36,140 nt of DNA from a virus (taxonomy: Duplodnaviria > Caudoviricetes): positions 1 to 36,140 of the IMG/VR virus record IMGVR_UViG_3300020393_000012; one strand, given 5' to 3'. Positions 27,801-36,140 of this stretch are shown here, one piece after another (the stretch's first letter is position 1; each line of letters starts with the position of its first letter). Position numbers and translations under genes: made by a program. The notes under the pieces are model-generated. The model was not told where the DNA came from. It was given only the letters and a program-made list of their open reading frames with translations, and did no database searches.

Positions 27801-30800
27801 GGCATAATTCTTTCGAACAAGTCCTCCATTCTTGGGTCGACTGCTCTGTTATCTCTTTTGATAACAACAGCTATCAAGTTCTTTAGTTTTTCTGTAACTC
27901 TCTTAAACAACGAAGCTGTTTTTCCGTCTCTTTGTTTAAGAATGTATAAGCTGAATTGGTTAGCAAAAAACTCTTGTGGGCTTGTTATTTCATTGCTGAA
28001 AAAGCCAGGTAACTTTTGCTTCATAGCTTCTACATTTAAGCCACTGTTGCCCATGTATTCTTTACAAATATTCCAGAACTCAATCTTGTCACTGTTATCA
28101 AGCATATTGAAATATGCCCAGTGCCCTAGCTCATGGGCAAATGTAATCGCATGAGGAGTTAAGTTGGAATCCTCTGGATTGAGGGAGATTGTGTTTCCAA
28201 CTCGACCTCTAAGATTTCTAGCATCTTGAGTTTTATAATGATTCAAACCATAAGCTTGCTCAAACTTAGGCATGTTTCTTTGTGGGTCAGCATGTATTCT
28301 GTTTTCTGTACCAGCAACTCTATTGAAGATACTTAGTATCTCATTGACGTTCTCTGGGTCTCTCTTGGTCAGAATATGTTTAAGGCTATCGTAACTTGCT
28401 TTTCTGCTTGCGTTAGTTAGCTTGACTCCATTTGGAAACTTTTTGTCTAGAGTTCTGTATCCAGCCGCAAGGTGACTGACGAATGCCTCCATGTCCTTGA
28501 TGCTTCTAAAAGTGTTCCACCTTTGGGTTTCTAGTTGCATCAAGTATCTATGTAAGTCGCCATAAGTCCTGATATTGTTGTTAGCAATCCTCTTGCTCTT
28601 GAAGTCAGGGTCAAACTCCTCCGCTGGCAAAGCGTAGTTTTCTAACTCTTCTATATTTATTGGACGTCGTTGTCTGCTTCTTGGGCTTTCTTGCAACTTT
28701 ATTTCTACTGGATTCTTTATAACTTTACTTGCACCAGCTTGTTTGCCTTGGATAACTTTTCCAGAGACATTGATAAAATAGTCTTCTGGATTTAAAGGAC
28801 GTGCACTGGTTCTTGCTTCAATAGTGCTGTTCTTAGTTATCTTGCCATTTGATTGAAACTTATTGACTGTTACAAAGTGAAACTGGTTTTCTTTTAGTTT
28901 GCCTACCACTTCCCCTACAGTCTGTTTGTCGCCTTGCCAGAACACTCTTAGCTTTCCAAAGTCTTTGTGTGTCTGGTCACTTATCTGTATTGCCAAGACC
29001 TTGTCTTCTGGCAAATCAAACTCTGACGGTACTCTGTTAAAGTTTTCGTCAATCTCTGTAACATTACCGTCTTCGCCCTGTGCTACAGGATTGTTGTCTA
29101 CGTCGTCGTTTTGTTGTACAGCCTTGTTGTCTTGATATCTTTCTGTGTCGCTCCAAGTTCTTTCTGTTGGAACCTCTGCATCTACTGGAGAGTCAACAAC
29201 ACCTTTCTTTTCAAGAAGCTTTGAAAGCTGTTTGTGAAACATCATAGCCATGACTTTATAAGTGTCATTAGCGTCGTTTGCTTGCATTGTAGTTAATCTG
29301 CCATCTATTCTGGCAACCACAGTGTAAGTATCGTCGGCTCCTTTTCTTACTGTGCCGACGTTTACTCCATCAATTACCAAAGCAGTTTCGGTTTCAGAAA
29401 TCTTGTTGTACGAAATGTCGTTGTGCAAATCATACTGCTTGTTTTTGTACTGAATTATTTTTGGGTTCTTCTTTGTTCCCTCTGGCTTTGTGTTAGTGTT
29501 CTTTGACCTAGCTTGTTTTTGTGCGGCTTCTTGTATTACTTCAGTAGCTTTTGCCTCTGCTTCATCTTTAGTCAACTGTCCACTAGACATGTCTTCTTTT
29601 ATTTTTTCTAACTTGCTTGCTGTTTCTTTATACTCAAGCTCAGTTTGCTCTAACTGATTTTCATAGTAATGAAGCTTATCAGCTATAGCATCAGGGTCGT
29701 CATTGCTTCCTGTTATCTCATTAACCCTGTCAGCAATCTCTTGTTTGTTGCCTTTAACATACTCGCCAGTTTCAGACATAGCCTTTCTGTGCTGATGGAA
29801 AGCATTAGCCAGTTCTTTAGTTACAGTTTTTGTAGACTCATTTTTGAGTCTTTTTTGCTGGGCTGGAGTAAGTTGTTTTTCTAATCTCTTTCTTTCTTTG
29901 GCAAGTTTTTTGAGTTCTAACTCAATAGCTACAGAGTCGCCCTTTTTCTTGCCACCTAGAATTTTATACTTCTCTTGTAGCAAGCCACCCATTTTTGCCA
30001 TCACTTCGTCTAGCTGACGAATAGTTCCTTGCTTTAATGACAAGACTTCGTCTGCTGTTCTTTGTTCAGCAGTGGTCTTTCTTATTTCATTAAATATAGC
30101 TCTGGTTAGTTTGACTAACTCATCTCCATCAAAATCTTCTATTGGTCTGATTTCTGCCGCAGTATTACCAGATGAAGCAAAATCTATCCTCTGCTCTCTT
30201 TGATTAACTATTCGTAGCGGAACGTCTGTATCTAAGTTACCTAGACCACCACCTTGGGTGTCGTAATCTCGTACAATTTTCTGCATATTACGTTTGGCGT
30301 AGAACAGTATATCATCATGTTTTTCAACAAGTTTTTCTTTCTTCCTAGCATCTGCTATGAACTTAAATATTTCTGCTTTTGTGTATCCGTCGTCTTTTAG
30401 CTGTTGAAATACGTCGTCTTCTATCTCGCCCCTATCATTACCGACGTATGTGACTTCTTTCATATTCAAGTCTTCTTGGTGCTTTATAAAGGCATTTTTT
30501 GAACTCACATAAGAAGTCGCTGACTTCTCCATAAATTCAGGGTCTCTGAAAGTTTTGTACTTATCAGTTCCTTTTAGTCTATCTGATTTTTCTTGTGCTC
30601 TTTTGACAGCATAGTCATTGACCACCATTCTTGTGCTTTGGTTGTTCTCTAACTTTGCTAAGTCACTTCTACGACGTGCAGTCGCACCTGGGCTATAAAT
30701 TAGGTTTATGCCGTTCTCGCCTTTGACTACGTCTTTTTCAATTAGGTTACCAAAGTACATTTCAGGCGAGCTTGGGTTCAGACCTTGCAAAATACTTTGA

Positions 30801-33800
30801 ACCCTACCAATCATGTTATTGGTAACTCCACCAGAGTCAGGCTTTCCTGTGCCAGTGTTTATGTGTCCAATCCTTTGTATCTGTCTGCCCATGTACTCAG
30901 CATTGTCGCCAAAAGAATCGTCAACGCTAGTGTCTCTCATGGTTCTTGTTGACAGACCTTTTGTGCTGTACTTACTTCCGTTCCTCATAATTCCGACGAA
31001 AGCTTGGCTCTGCAAGAACCTTTCCCACTGGTTCTCAAGTGTAGCTTTTGCAATCCTAGTTATAACTTCTGGCTGTAACCCTTTGTTTCTTAGGCTTATA
31101 ACAAACCTTTTCTTCATGTCATTCCAAGGAGTTTTTAAGTCTGGATACTTTTTTAACTCACTCTCAATAGCATCAATCAAAGCTTTGTTGTCTTTGATTT
31201 CATCTGCTCTCAAAAGAGTTGGGTCAAAGTTAGTGTCTAGCACTTTGAGAACTTCTTGACCAAATGTTGTGTCCGCACCATGCTCTTGTATAATCATATC
31301 TCTGAGCATTGTTGCGTTTGCTTCTGGAAACTCCAACACTGTTTTGGCAATAACATTTAAATGCTGTGAAGCTCTCCAATCTGCAAAAGTTTGCAATGCA
31401 TGTGGCTGAAAACGAGGTTCGAACATCTCCTTTATAGCCGCAGTCATTATGGTTTCATCAAAAATGAATGGGGGCGTCATGGACTTTCGTCCATTTTGGA
31501 AAGCTCTAAGCATAGCAAAGAAGCCTTCCCTTCCTTGCTTATACTCAAAAGCTTCTCTTAAAATCTCTTTTCTAGCTGACCTGTCTGCCAAAGTGTTGCC
31601 TCTTGGCATAACATCAAGAATCTTTTTGACTGCTGTCTCATCAACAATAAGGTTTTTCAAAATGTTTCTTACGTTAGCAACTGTGTATTTTACGTTGTCT
31701 AACTCTGCGTCAAACTGCTCTACTGTATTGAAAAATTGAGCTTTAAATTCTTGAGCAACATCAGATTCTGTTGTGTAATGTTCGTCCTCAATATCTTGCA
31801 GAGTTTGGTCTACAATCTCTCGCTCTTGTTCAAGAGCATCTTTTTCTATTTTTGCTTGCTTCCTAAGACGAAGCTCATCAAGTTCTTTCTTTGCCTCTGC
31901 TCTAGCTTCTTTGCTAACAATCTTGTCTTCCAGAGTTTTTATTTTCTCTAGGTCTGGGTTTTCTTTTTGCTTCTCTTCATCTATCAAACGTCTAAATCTT
32001 GCGTTTGATTTTTCAAAACTATCTTTATTCCTTCCAAGCAACTCTTCTAGTTTTGCGACTCTGTCTGCATCAGATTCAGTAAACTCAACTTCTGGTTCGT
32101 CTTTCGTCTCCTGAGTAGCCGTTGTCTCGTCTTCTGGGGCTTTCGTCGTTGTTGTGTCGCCTTCTTGTCGTGCAGTTCCTGTAGCTTGGTCAGCTATATT
32201 TTCCATTTGCTGTGCTTGAGTGTTGCCTTGAGCGGCAGAGTCAGCATTATCCATGTCTGTGCGAGAGATAATTTGCCCAGGACCAATCTCTTCTATGATT
32301 GTATTAACTAGATTTTCGTCTGCATTTACGTCGCCATTTGCTATATCTTGTCTGTACTTTGCTCGTATAGCTCTGATGATAGTTTCGTTTTCTTCGAACC
32401 TCTTGCTCAAACCATCAAGTGCTTCACTTGGTTGTTGTAATGTTTCTTGCTTTGCAGTTTCTTTTGAAATCTTGCCAGCCATCTGTGGCTTGATGACAGA
32501 GTCATAATCTTTATAAAACTTTACCTTCTGAATGTTGGCATTGACCTTTTGTATCTCTGGGTCATTGATATATTCTTCAGGAGAAAGATTATTCGCTTGT
32601 GCTTCATTTATTAAGTCGTCTCTTTCTTCTTCGAACCTTTTTATGATTTGGTCGAGTACGTCGTTATCTTCTTTTGTAGAACCTATAGAACCTTCGTCTT
32701 GGTCTCCGTCTGGAGCATCTGCTCTTACTGTCGGACTGATGTCTGCATTTGGCTCAATCTTTTTGTTAGATATGTTTCTTGCTCTATCAAACATGCCTTG
32801 CACGATTGGGTTTGCATCAGCAAGTCTGCCATCTAGTGCTTTTGTAGTTCTTTCAACTGGAGTGGTAGTACCATCAGGATTGGTTATAAAGTCTGAGTCT
32901 TGTCTGCCACCTTCTGGTACATTTGTAGCCCTACCCAAACCAACTAAATCACCCTGTTGTTCTGGTGTAAGCTGTTGTATTCCAGCTTTTTGCTGTGCCC
33001 TTTGAGAAGCCTGGCTATCAAATATAAGCCTACCAGCTTTACTAATAATAGGTATGTCTTGCCCAAGTTTTCTTTGAATCATGTTGGGAACATTAGGAGC
33101 TATAGCACCCAAAGTACCAAAGCCAGCACCCATGCCACCGCCTATAACACCTCCGAATGCAGATGCTTTCGCTGTCTGACCAAAGCTGTATTCGTCTTGA
33201 AGTCCAATGTTTATGTTTCTGTGCTGTGTTCCAATATCAATGATGCCTTCAATACCAGCACCGAGGGTAGCCTCTGTTTTTGCACCTTGCAGTCCACCAG
33301 CTATAAGTCCTTTTTTGACTAACTGTTTTCTAGTTAATCCTTTTGCCGCAGTGCCAACTGCTAGTCGTGCCGCCGTTCCACCAGAACCAAAGCCGATTAG
33401 GTTTAGTGGGTCAACAAGCATTCGACCAGCTATACCTAGTACGTCGTCAAAGCCATCTATAAGTGCAGTTGTTCCTACGCTGTCATAAACTTTCTGTATC
33501 CTAGCGAGCCTTCTTTTTTGTGGTTCTGACATGGAGTAAGAGCCAGCAAGGTCAATCATTACCCCACCAGTGTGTAAGTTTCTCCAACGTCTGTCGCTCA
33601 CGAAATGATTTATAGCTTCTTCTTTGTTAGCAAAGCTTTTACCGTCACGCTCACCGTAAAAGTCGTATAGGTCTCCTATAAACCTATCGTCGTCCAATAA
33701 GGCTTCGGCTTCTGCTTCTGTAATGTTTTGGGTGTAATCGGTTTTACCGTATTCGTTGATTCCTGATTTTGGCTCTGACATTGAGGTGGCTGACCCACCC

Positions 33801-33829
33801 ATCAGGATATTGTACATTTCTTGATTCAT
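21815..33829 (-). CDS. Giant (4004 aa) internal virion/ejection-type polyvalent protein with two zincin motifs and an ART-like domain
   Basis: Uninterrupted 12-kb ORF with GGAG SD; HELGH..EFFA, HEIGH..EEWF, YHGT...GPGVYVT...GYAGI...EQLVIF; Gly-rich hydrophobic N-terminal region. Confidence 0.85.
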   Translation of the reverse strand: MNQEMYNILMGGSATSMSEPKSGINEYGKTDYTQNITEAEAEALLDDDRFIGDLYDFYGERDGKSFANKEEAINHFVSDRRWRNLHTGGVMIDLAGSYSMSEPQKRRLARIQKVYDSVGTTALIDGFDDVLGIAGRMLVDPLNLIGFGSGGTAARLAVGTAAKGLTRKQLVKKGLIAGGLQGAKTEATLGAGIEGIIDIGTQHRNINIGLQDEYSFGQTAKASAFGGVIGGGMGAGFGTLGAIAPNVPNMIQRKLGQDIPIISKAGRLIFDSQASQRAQQKAGIQQLTPEQQGDLVGLGRATNVPEGGRQDSDFITNPDGTTTPVERTTKALDGRLADANPIVQGMFDRARNISNKKIEPNADISPTVRADAPDGDQDEGSIGSTKEDNDVLDQIIKRFEEERDDLINEAQANNLSPEEYINDPEIQKVNANIQKVKFYKDYDSVIKPQMAGKISKETAKQETLQQPSEALDGLSKRFEENETIIRAIRAKYRQDIANGDVNADENLVNTIIEEIGPGQIISRTDMDNADSAAQGNTQAQQMENIADQATGTARQEGDTTTTKAPEDETTATQETKDEPEVEFTESDADRVAKLEELLGRNKDSFEKSNARFRRLIDEEKQKENPDLEKIKTLEDKIVSKEARAEAKKELDELRLRKQAKIEKDALEQEREIVDQTLQDIEDEHYTTESDVAQEFKAQFFNTVEQFDAELDNVKYTVANVRNILKNLIVDETAVKKILDVMPRGNTLADRSARKEILREAFEYKQGREGFFAMLRAFQNGRKSMTPPFIFDETIMTAAIKEMFEPRFQPHALQTFADWRASQHLNVIAKTVLEFPEANATMLRDMIIQEHGADTTFGQEVLKVLDTNFDPTLLRADEIKDNKALIDAIESELKKYPDLKTPWNDMKKRFVISLRNKGLQPEVITRIAKATLENQWERFLQSQAFVGIMRNGSKYSTKGLSTRTMRDTSVDDSFGDNAEYMGRQIQRIGHINTGTGKPDSGGVTNNMIGRVQSILQGLNPSSPEMYFGNLIEKDVVKGENGINLIYSPGATARRRSDLAKLENNQSTRMVVNDYAVKRAQEKSDRLKGTDKYKTFRDPEFMEKSATSYVSSKNAFIKHQEDLNMKEVTYVGNDRGEIEDDVFQQLKDDGYTKAEIFKFIADARKKEKLVEKHDDILFYAKRNMQKIVRDYDTQGGGLGNLDTDVPLRIVNQREQRIDFASSGNTAAEIRPIEDFDGDELVKLTRAIFNEIRKTTAEQRTADEVLSLKQGTIRQLDEVMAKMGGLLQEKYKILGGKKKGDSVAIELELKKLAKERKRLEKQLTPAQQKRLKNESTKTVTKELANAFHQHRKAMSETGEYVKGNKQEIADRVNEITGSNDDPDAIADKLHYYENQLEQTELEYKETASKLEKIKEDMSSGQLTKDEAEAKATEVIQEAAQKQARSKNTNTKPEGTKKNPKIIQYKNKQYDLHNDISYNKISETETALVIDGVNVGTVRKGADDTYTVVARIDGRLTTMQANDANDTYKVMAMMFHKQLSKLLEKKGVVDSPVDAEVPTERTWSDTERYQDNKAVQQNDDVDNNPVAQGEDGNVTEIDENFNRVPSEFDLPEDKVLAIQISDQTHKDFGKLRVFWQGDKQTVGEVVGKLKENQFHFVTVNKFQSNGKITKNSTIEARTSARPLNPEDYFINVSGKVIQGKQAGASKVIKNPVEIKLQESPRSRQRRPINIEELENYALPAEEFDPDFKSKRIANNNIRTYGDLHRYLMQLETQRWNTFRSIKDMEAFVSHLAAGYRTLDKKFPNGVKLTNASRKASYDSLKHILTKRDPENVNEILSIFNRVAGTENRIHADPQRNMPKFEQAYGLNHYKTQDARNLRGRVGNTISLNPEDSNLTPHAITFAHELGHWAYFNMLDNSDKIEFWNICKEYMGNSGLNVEAMKQKLPGFFSNEITSPQEFFANQFSLYILKQRDGKTASLFKRVTEKLKNLIAVVIKRDNRAVDPRMEDLFERIMPDPGAAKGGVTDGRLMKNQFAKVYASARQLAGKGDIAGIESVAAQQLYELREMQIELEELLTQHAEGTTNPRDMQEKIYDVAKSIYTKFGGKPGTFTHGNGAKRILLLDSYKRRKTKTGLGNTYEPFYAKKTIVGADGKERKPFYFHKARVARSNLLRASMKIHQMMKDQIAFDKTFKNKADQLEEQAYLQKLNKNIEENLIEGAGFKTRPANEEAELLELIDQQRLDDESYEKGVEEAFNDQMSSDFQRQAEIKGSDAVEEKTLLLMENVANDLVVALDMGIEEFVRIFNTQMNKVDTIKAPNINKAGVLYSAGNTIAKKITKRQKSRAHKFAEIVNQSLDEGVDFINSNVQTDEVVSKSPKDMSDGELLQNIVKTGGFEANSPDAKPFKVEIHNRRKATPFVEVDKSKQKARMEFFREFTLDMAKQEPAEQLSYLRKRLDDLVNAGDYDKANDVIAYSMRLSQTPNKVKSSVVGRALEVESHQTRMHSNENGIPGDAPITIKEVLSKITHRDKVVEHGARTMLYRMLNLLGKTALDNIEENTAFMSMKDLYAISGTKPLQGSKAGYADMAPTKGVAFNDMRKQLRRHAIGINKGDADPFDVMHEIGHMMSRTIHTQEDRDIILDSFTDAINRGDPAAQKIKSLYQQFPDYRTEDIAEEWFVESWAQWLGERVAKGNIFDVRYGQGQLQELKNKPYLMQLADNLYEYVAYVVNGLIGRKSVKQMFRQMTYHGDMFTPNRNKFRIKNLVDEFEYPAVSMSTANTYARQVIDSMPLDRQLKVREFLGIGQDEDLMDYVMYHGTPALDVFNKSKNPDVYIKPSINGMMGPGVYVTPRADFAGDFADPMERSGLPARDNIIATLTDPQARKEAEALSDTITRYEEQIMDMEFEHFGMSSILDEVTEGLHGRELELMHQSKDAAQKAFSIVTGYKQHSGVMPLFVRKQDVLDLSQDKLYTMGTNGSNDALFLINKLQGNGHLSMESRERLVNKLSMDDEFDGELLYAYMIEAVDPNNHEKAKTTIAKFLQDEGYAGIKGGQEGSDEQLVIFSPNLVKHIDADSYDSDRKGIFHSVIGSENSEGIAGSAMEHMMRTGKTLDVDDMIYINKALVEAGSPEMAPIMKKMLQKKPITAEDKNKMSKFSSVMSHFKENSQQLRMRGVNWLADIIKPATGVGIYERHDIDLADKIYPIFEQLKEMPDNANWFKRWSRKNSYLIPKIGKLGELREEAAQPGSHKRILQALRRGRDAVEELSDQEKRTAMLIARTFENERQTMVKAGIPIGDARRTAQDFYIPQQWNTEKFTANPGQAVEMFTRFFKEERLRPDYETTPGMKSPRQTAEDLVNAIISASGETYGDDVIRRAVGDPSYQRLIKIDPEQYDYLEDFLVNDLEGLLTQYFDRTTRKIALTEKLGLGGHGYHGYLTAAQRGTEGVADTIKHPHVRRYLNQQYQSQIDVERQIVPKAKAGDGEINIAMDRINNLLADEKYVREHKNTIKNILYNLYDPEDHYDPQLKIRIDAIANGLVDFPNRGLRDGYALKITENMIDILNKRPLVPYAKHELAYKISRGVKTFNAISLLGFTTLTSGGDFVLPLIRSGNFKAYTKALANYFRDPEYRRAARAIGTGVENLMHDRMVQMAGEGSQKLQNSFFNFTLLTPWTNINREIAGMVGYEAFKSEIARARKMIENGQQNTKSYATAIRFLQRYGMTGENADVDFMLDGAPRLNDIRLDDEKSNKALRYAIMKFANETVYTPNPNDIPAMVQTPWGSMLFQLKSFQLMMARMGKYIYDEFTLGNPYPAMYMLTAGIGAGAFVNNTKDFIQSRGGEDEESAAPRKRTLQDGMGLSKMFADFVGVDEGSMTDKVMANYFEGILAIGGFGLFGELLYNTAAQADNGAYGKLRTFSAFLGPGVGLAEDMYDVAVAGPMGIFDPENKNARRREAVRSVVGRIPVAGGIRGFRESAVDTIAGEPGKGGKKSTSGGGFDKGGFNSKTLFDEGGFD

Positions 33830-33891
33830 TGGATACTCCAGTTTTCCAAAGTTATTTTCTTATCTTATTGTATTAATTGTTATTGTTCGTC

Positions 33892-36140
33892 CTACTGTAT
33901 CCTTCCCATTTGTTTTAATATGTTAATGACCAGTTGTGCTCTTTGTTGTAGACCTCTAGACATTCCACGAGTTGAGCCTTGAAGGTCAATATAGTCAGCA
34001 AAATCTTGGAAAGTATTTACACTCGGAGGCAGTATTCCTGGGGTTACTTGATTTTGTGCTTTTGCGGCGTCGAAGAATGTTACTATCGTCTGTGCTACGT
34101 CGTTTGCTGATGAGTTTCTATCTATGCCCTGAAGACCTGGTGAATATGGTGCAAATTGTCCGCCACCACTTGTGAGCAAGCTTGACCTTAAATTACGAGG
34201 GTCAAGTGTTATTTGCCCGAATACAGCGTTTACACCCCCACTAGAAGTTGTTGTTGGAGGATACTTTGAGAATACTCCGTCTTTGTGTGTGTACTGCATA
34301 TTCTTTTTCAATGGCTCTCCATCTGAATCAAGAAGATACTCAGGACTACTTGGGTCACTGCTTGTGTCTTTCAGAGGCACAACAATTCCCAGTCTCCTTG
34401 CTTGACTAGAGCTTGCTGTTGAAAAGAAGTTTGTTGGAAGCTTATAACCGTTTTTAATGTTACCCATTTCTTCCGTAAATATTTCGTTAATGGCTTTATC
34501 TAAAAGTTCTTTAATGTTTCCGTCACCATTAGTTATGTCTAAATCATTAAAAGCACCTTTAGCACCTTGAGATTCTAAAACTTTTGCCTTTGCTACAAGG
34601 TCTTTGTTTTTAGTTAACTCAATTATTAACTCTTGTATTTTATTTTCATCACCAAAAGTGCTGGCTATATTGTCAAACACACTTAATTCCATAAGCTTGT
34701 TTTTGATGACTGTCTTTAAAGTAGTTTGAAAATCTTTACTTATGGTAGGCACTACCTCTTGTTTGAAGCTAGTGCCAGGTGGGTATATAAATTTCTTATT
34801 GCCCATCATCTTTTTTCTCATAAGCATGAACTCTGGCTTCCTAACCATGAATTTTTTTTCTTTCATGTATTGAACCATTTGACCTATTTTTTCTTCGTTT
34901 ACTTCATTCAGATTGAAGTCATCTCCAAATGCGTCTCTCATCAAGGATATAAACATTGATGGCTCTATTCCTGGAGCAAGAACGTAACCATCTCCAACAA
35001 CTCTTGATGAAGCTATAAATCCACCTATTTTTACTATGTCGTCTTTTTTGCCAGACGTGCCAAAAAATCGTGAGGTAGTACTGGCAATGTTCTTGGCAAT
35101 TTCAATAGCCTCCTCTAAAGCCTCTTGAGATAGTTTAAGAGTCTTATCATTCTCTTCTTTGTACTCTGTGGCATAGTTATTTGTAGCGGCAGTTGCGGCT
35201 CTAACAGCTAAAACTTTAAACCTTGCGTACTCGGCTGATTCTTTCGCATCTTCGGTAGGAAAGCCATCAGAATCAGTTTCTATTACGCTCAGACCCAAGC
35301 CCATTCTAACGGCATTATATTCTCTTAAAACTTTTGGAGACTTCCAGCCATTTTTCAAAGCTTCTAAGAAAACCTTGTTTGATACAATAGCCGCACCAAA
35401 CTTGTCCTCTCTTACTCTTGTGTCTGCTTCAACTGCATCATTTACATTGTCTTGTAGTATTTTCTTTAGGTCTTCCTTTAATGTCTTTAATTCATTTGCA
35501 TTGTACTGAGAAGTATCTAGTTTGCTTTGAATAATCATGCCCTCAACAATATTGTCGAGTTGTTCTGGCTGAACCTCTCTGATGTTTGCTGGAGCATAGT
35601 CTTGAGCAAGTTTAAAAAGAGCCGCTCTGTTTTCTGTCGTAACCTTATTAAATTTTTCTTGCATGTAAACTCTGACAGCATCTTTCTTCCAATTAGGAAG
35701 ATTGTTTTTGTTCATAACCTCTTCGGCTCTAGTTAAGGAGTCTACGTTTTTTAGCTGACTTTCAAAAAACTTTAAGCCAGCGTTTGCTCTTTCTGTATTT
35801 ATCTCTTCTTCTAGCCTACCACTGTACATATCCCATATTTCTAGACCCAACTCTTGGTTGTCTTTGAAATTCATCATAAAATTTTCTTTAGCGGCTTCTT
35901 TGTCTGTAGGGTCTATGTCCAAATTCTTCTGCAACCAACTACTGAATGTTTCTGATATTGTTTTATTTGCCTCAACAAACTTTGCGTCTTCCAGTTTTCT
36001 TGTCTGCAAAGAGCGTTGGTTTGTTCTTTTTGCTAAGTCGTCTAGCAGTTCTCCTGGACCAAGGTCTCGTAAGAAAAAAGCGTCCCCTCCTGACAAAGAG
36101 TTTCTGTACTGTTGAAACTCCTCGGCAGTTACCTGTTCGC
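33892..36140 (-). CDS. Probable internal virion protein, 5'-truncated by the window edge
   Basis: Frame stays open from 36096 to the window end; helical composition; upstream of the giant gene. Confidence 0.7.
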   Translation of the reverse strand, partial: EQVTAEEFQQYRNSLSGGDAFFLRDLGPGELLDDLAKRTNQRSLQTRKLEDAKFVEANKTISETFSSWLQKNLDIDPTDKEAAKENFMMNFKDNQELGLEIWDMYSGRLEEEINTERANAGLKFFESQLKNVDSLTRAEEVMNKNNLPNWKKDAVRVYMQEKFNKVTTENRAALFKLAQDYAPANIREVQPEQLDNIVEGMIIQSKLDTSQYNANELKTLKEDLKKILQDNVNDAVEADTRVREDKFGAAIVSNKVFLEALKNGWKSPKVLREYNAVRMGLGLSVIETDSDGFPTEDAKESAEYARFKVLAVRAATAATNNYATEYKEENDKTLKLSQEALEEAIEIAKNIASTTSRFFGTSGKKDDIVKIGGFIASSRVVGDGYVLAPGIEPSMFISLMRDAFGDDFNLNEVNEEKIGQMVQYMKEKKFMVRKPEFMLMRKKMMGNKKFIYPPGTSFKQEVVPTISKDFQTTLKTVIKNKLMELSVFDNIASTFGDENKIQELIIELTKNKDLVAKAKVLESQGAKGAFNDLDITNGDGNIKELLDKAINEIFTEEMGNIKNGYKLPTNFFSTASSSQARRLGIVVPLKDTSSDPSSPEYLLDSDGEPLKKNMQYTHKDGVFSKYPPTTTSSGGVNAVFGQITLDPRNLRSSLLTSGGGQFAPYSPGLQGIDRNSSANDVAQTIVTFFDAAKAQNQVTPGILPPSVNTFQDFADYIDLQGSTRGMSRGLQQRAQLVINILKQMGRIQ

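Larger units (their letters stand above)
1..36140. mobile_element. Tailed bacteriophage genome segment, possibly temperate
   Basis: Dense coupled ORFs including recombinase, primase-helicase, SSB, dNMP kinase, endolysin/holin and a giant virion-type protein; no host housekeeping genes. Confidence 0.95.

Noticed and set aside
21815-33829. N4-like virion RNA polymerase
   Set aside because: The size is similar, but I could not recognise polymerase catalytic motifs; a structural search is needed to exclude it fully
33830-33891. Phage late promoter upstream of the giant gene (GGACGA...TACAAT on the minus strand)
   Set aside because: Only one instance in the window, so no consensus can be supported
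21846-36115. Many plus-strand ORFs within the two large minus-strand genes
   Set aside because: Antisense shadow frames with no SD sequences or protein-like composition

Overview
The whole window looks like part of a dsDNA tailed-phage genome. A marine, probably alphaproteobacterial host is inferred only from the gene families. Left arm (+, 219-10392): early-type genes, mostly small unknown ORFs, plus a CobS-like MoxR AAA+ ATPase paired with a CobT-like HExxH/vWA protein and a 406-aa protein with an AcrVA2/FinQ-like C-terminal motif. Centre: a tyrosine recombinase and an HTH gene (+) converge on a minus-strand block (Cro-like HTH, primase-polymerase/helicase, HTH-Zn ribbon, Holliday junction resolvase, small basic proteins, a fibre-tip-like protein). 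An imperfect 37-bp inverted repeat, built from a recurring 18-bp TGT-N12-ACA box, brackets this whole 5.9-kb section. A recombination/nucleotide module follows (+): Sak4-like ATPase, SSB, Cas4-like nuclease and dNMP kinase. Right arm (-): lysis cassette, a 4004-aa probable ejection protein with two zincin motifs and an ADP-ribosyltransferase-like domain, and a truncated virion protein. By eye, several restriction-type palindromes are avoided while CGWCG appears enriched. No tRNA, rRNA, CRISPR array, DNA polymerase, terminase or capsid gene was seen. All family calls come from recalled motifs, not database searches.
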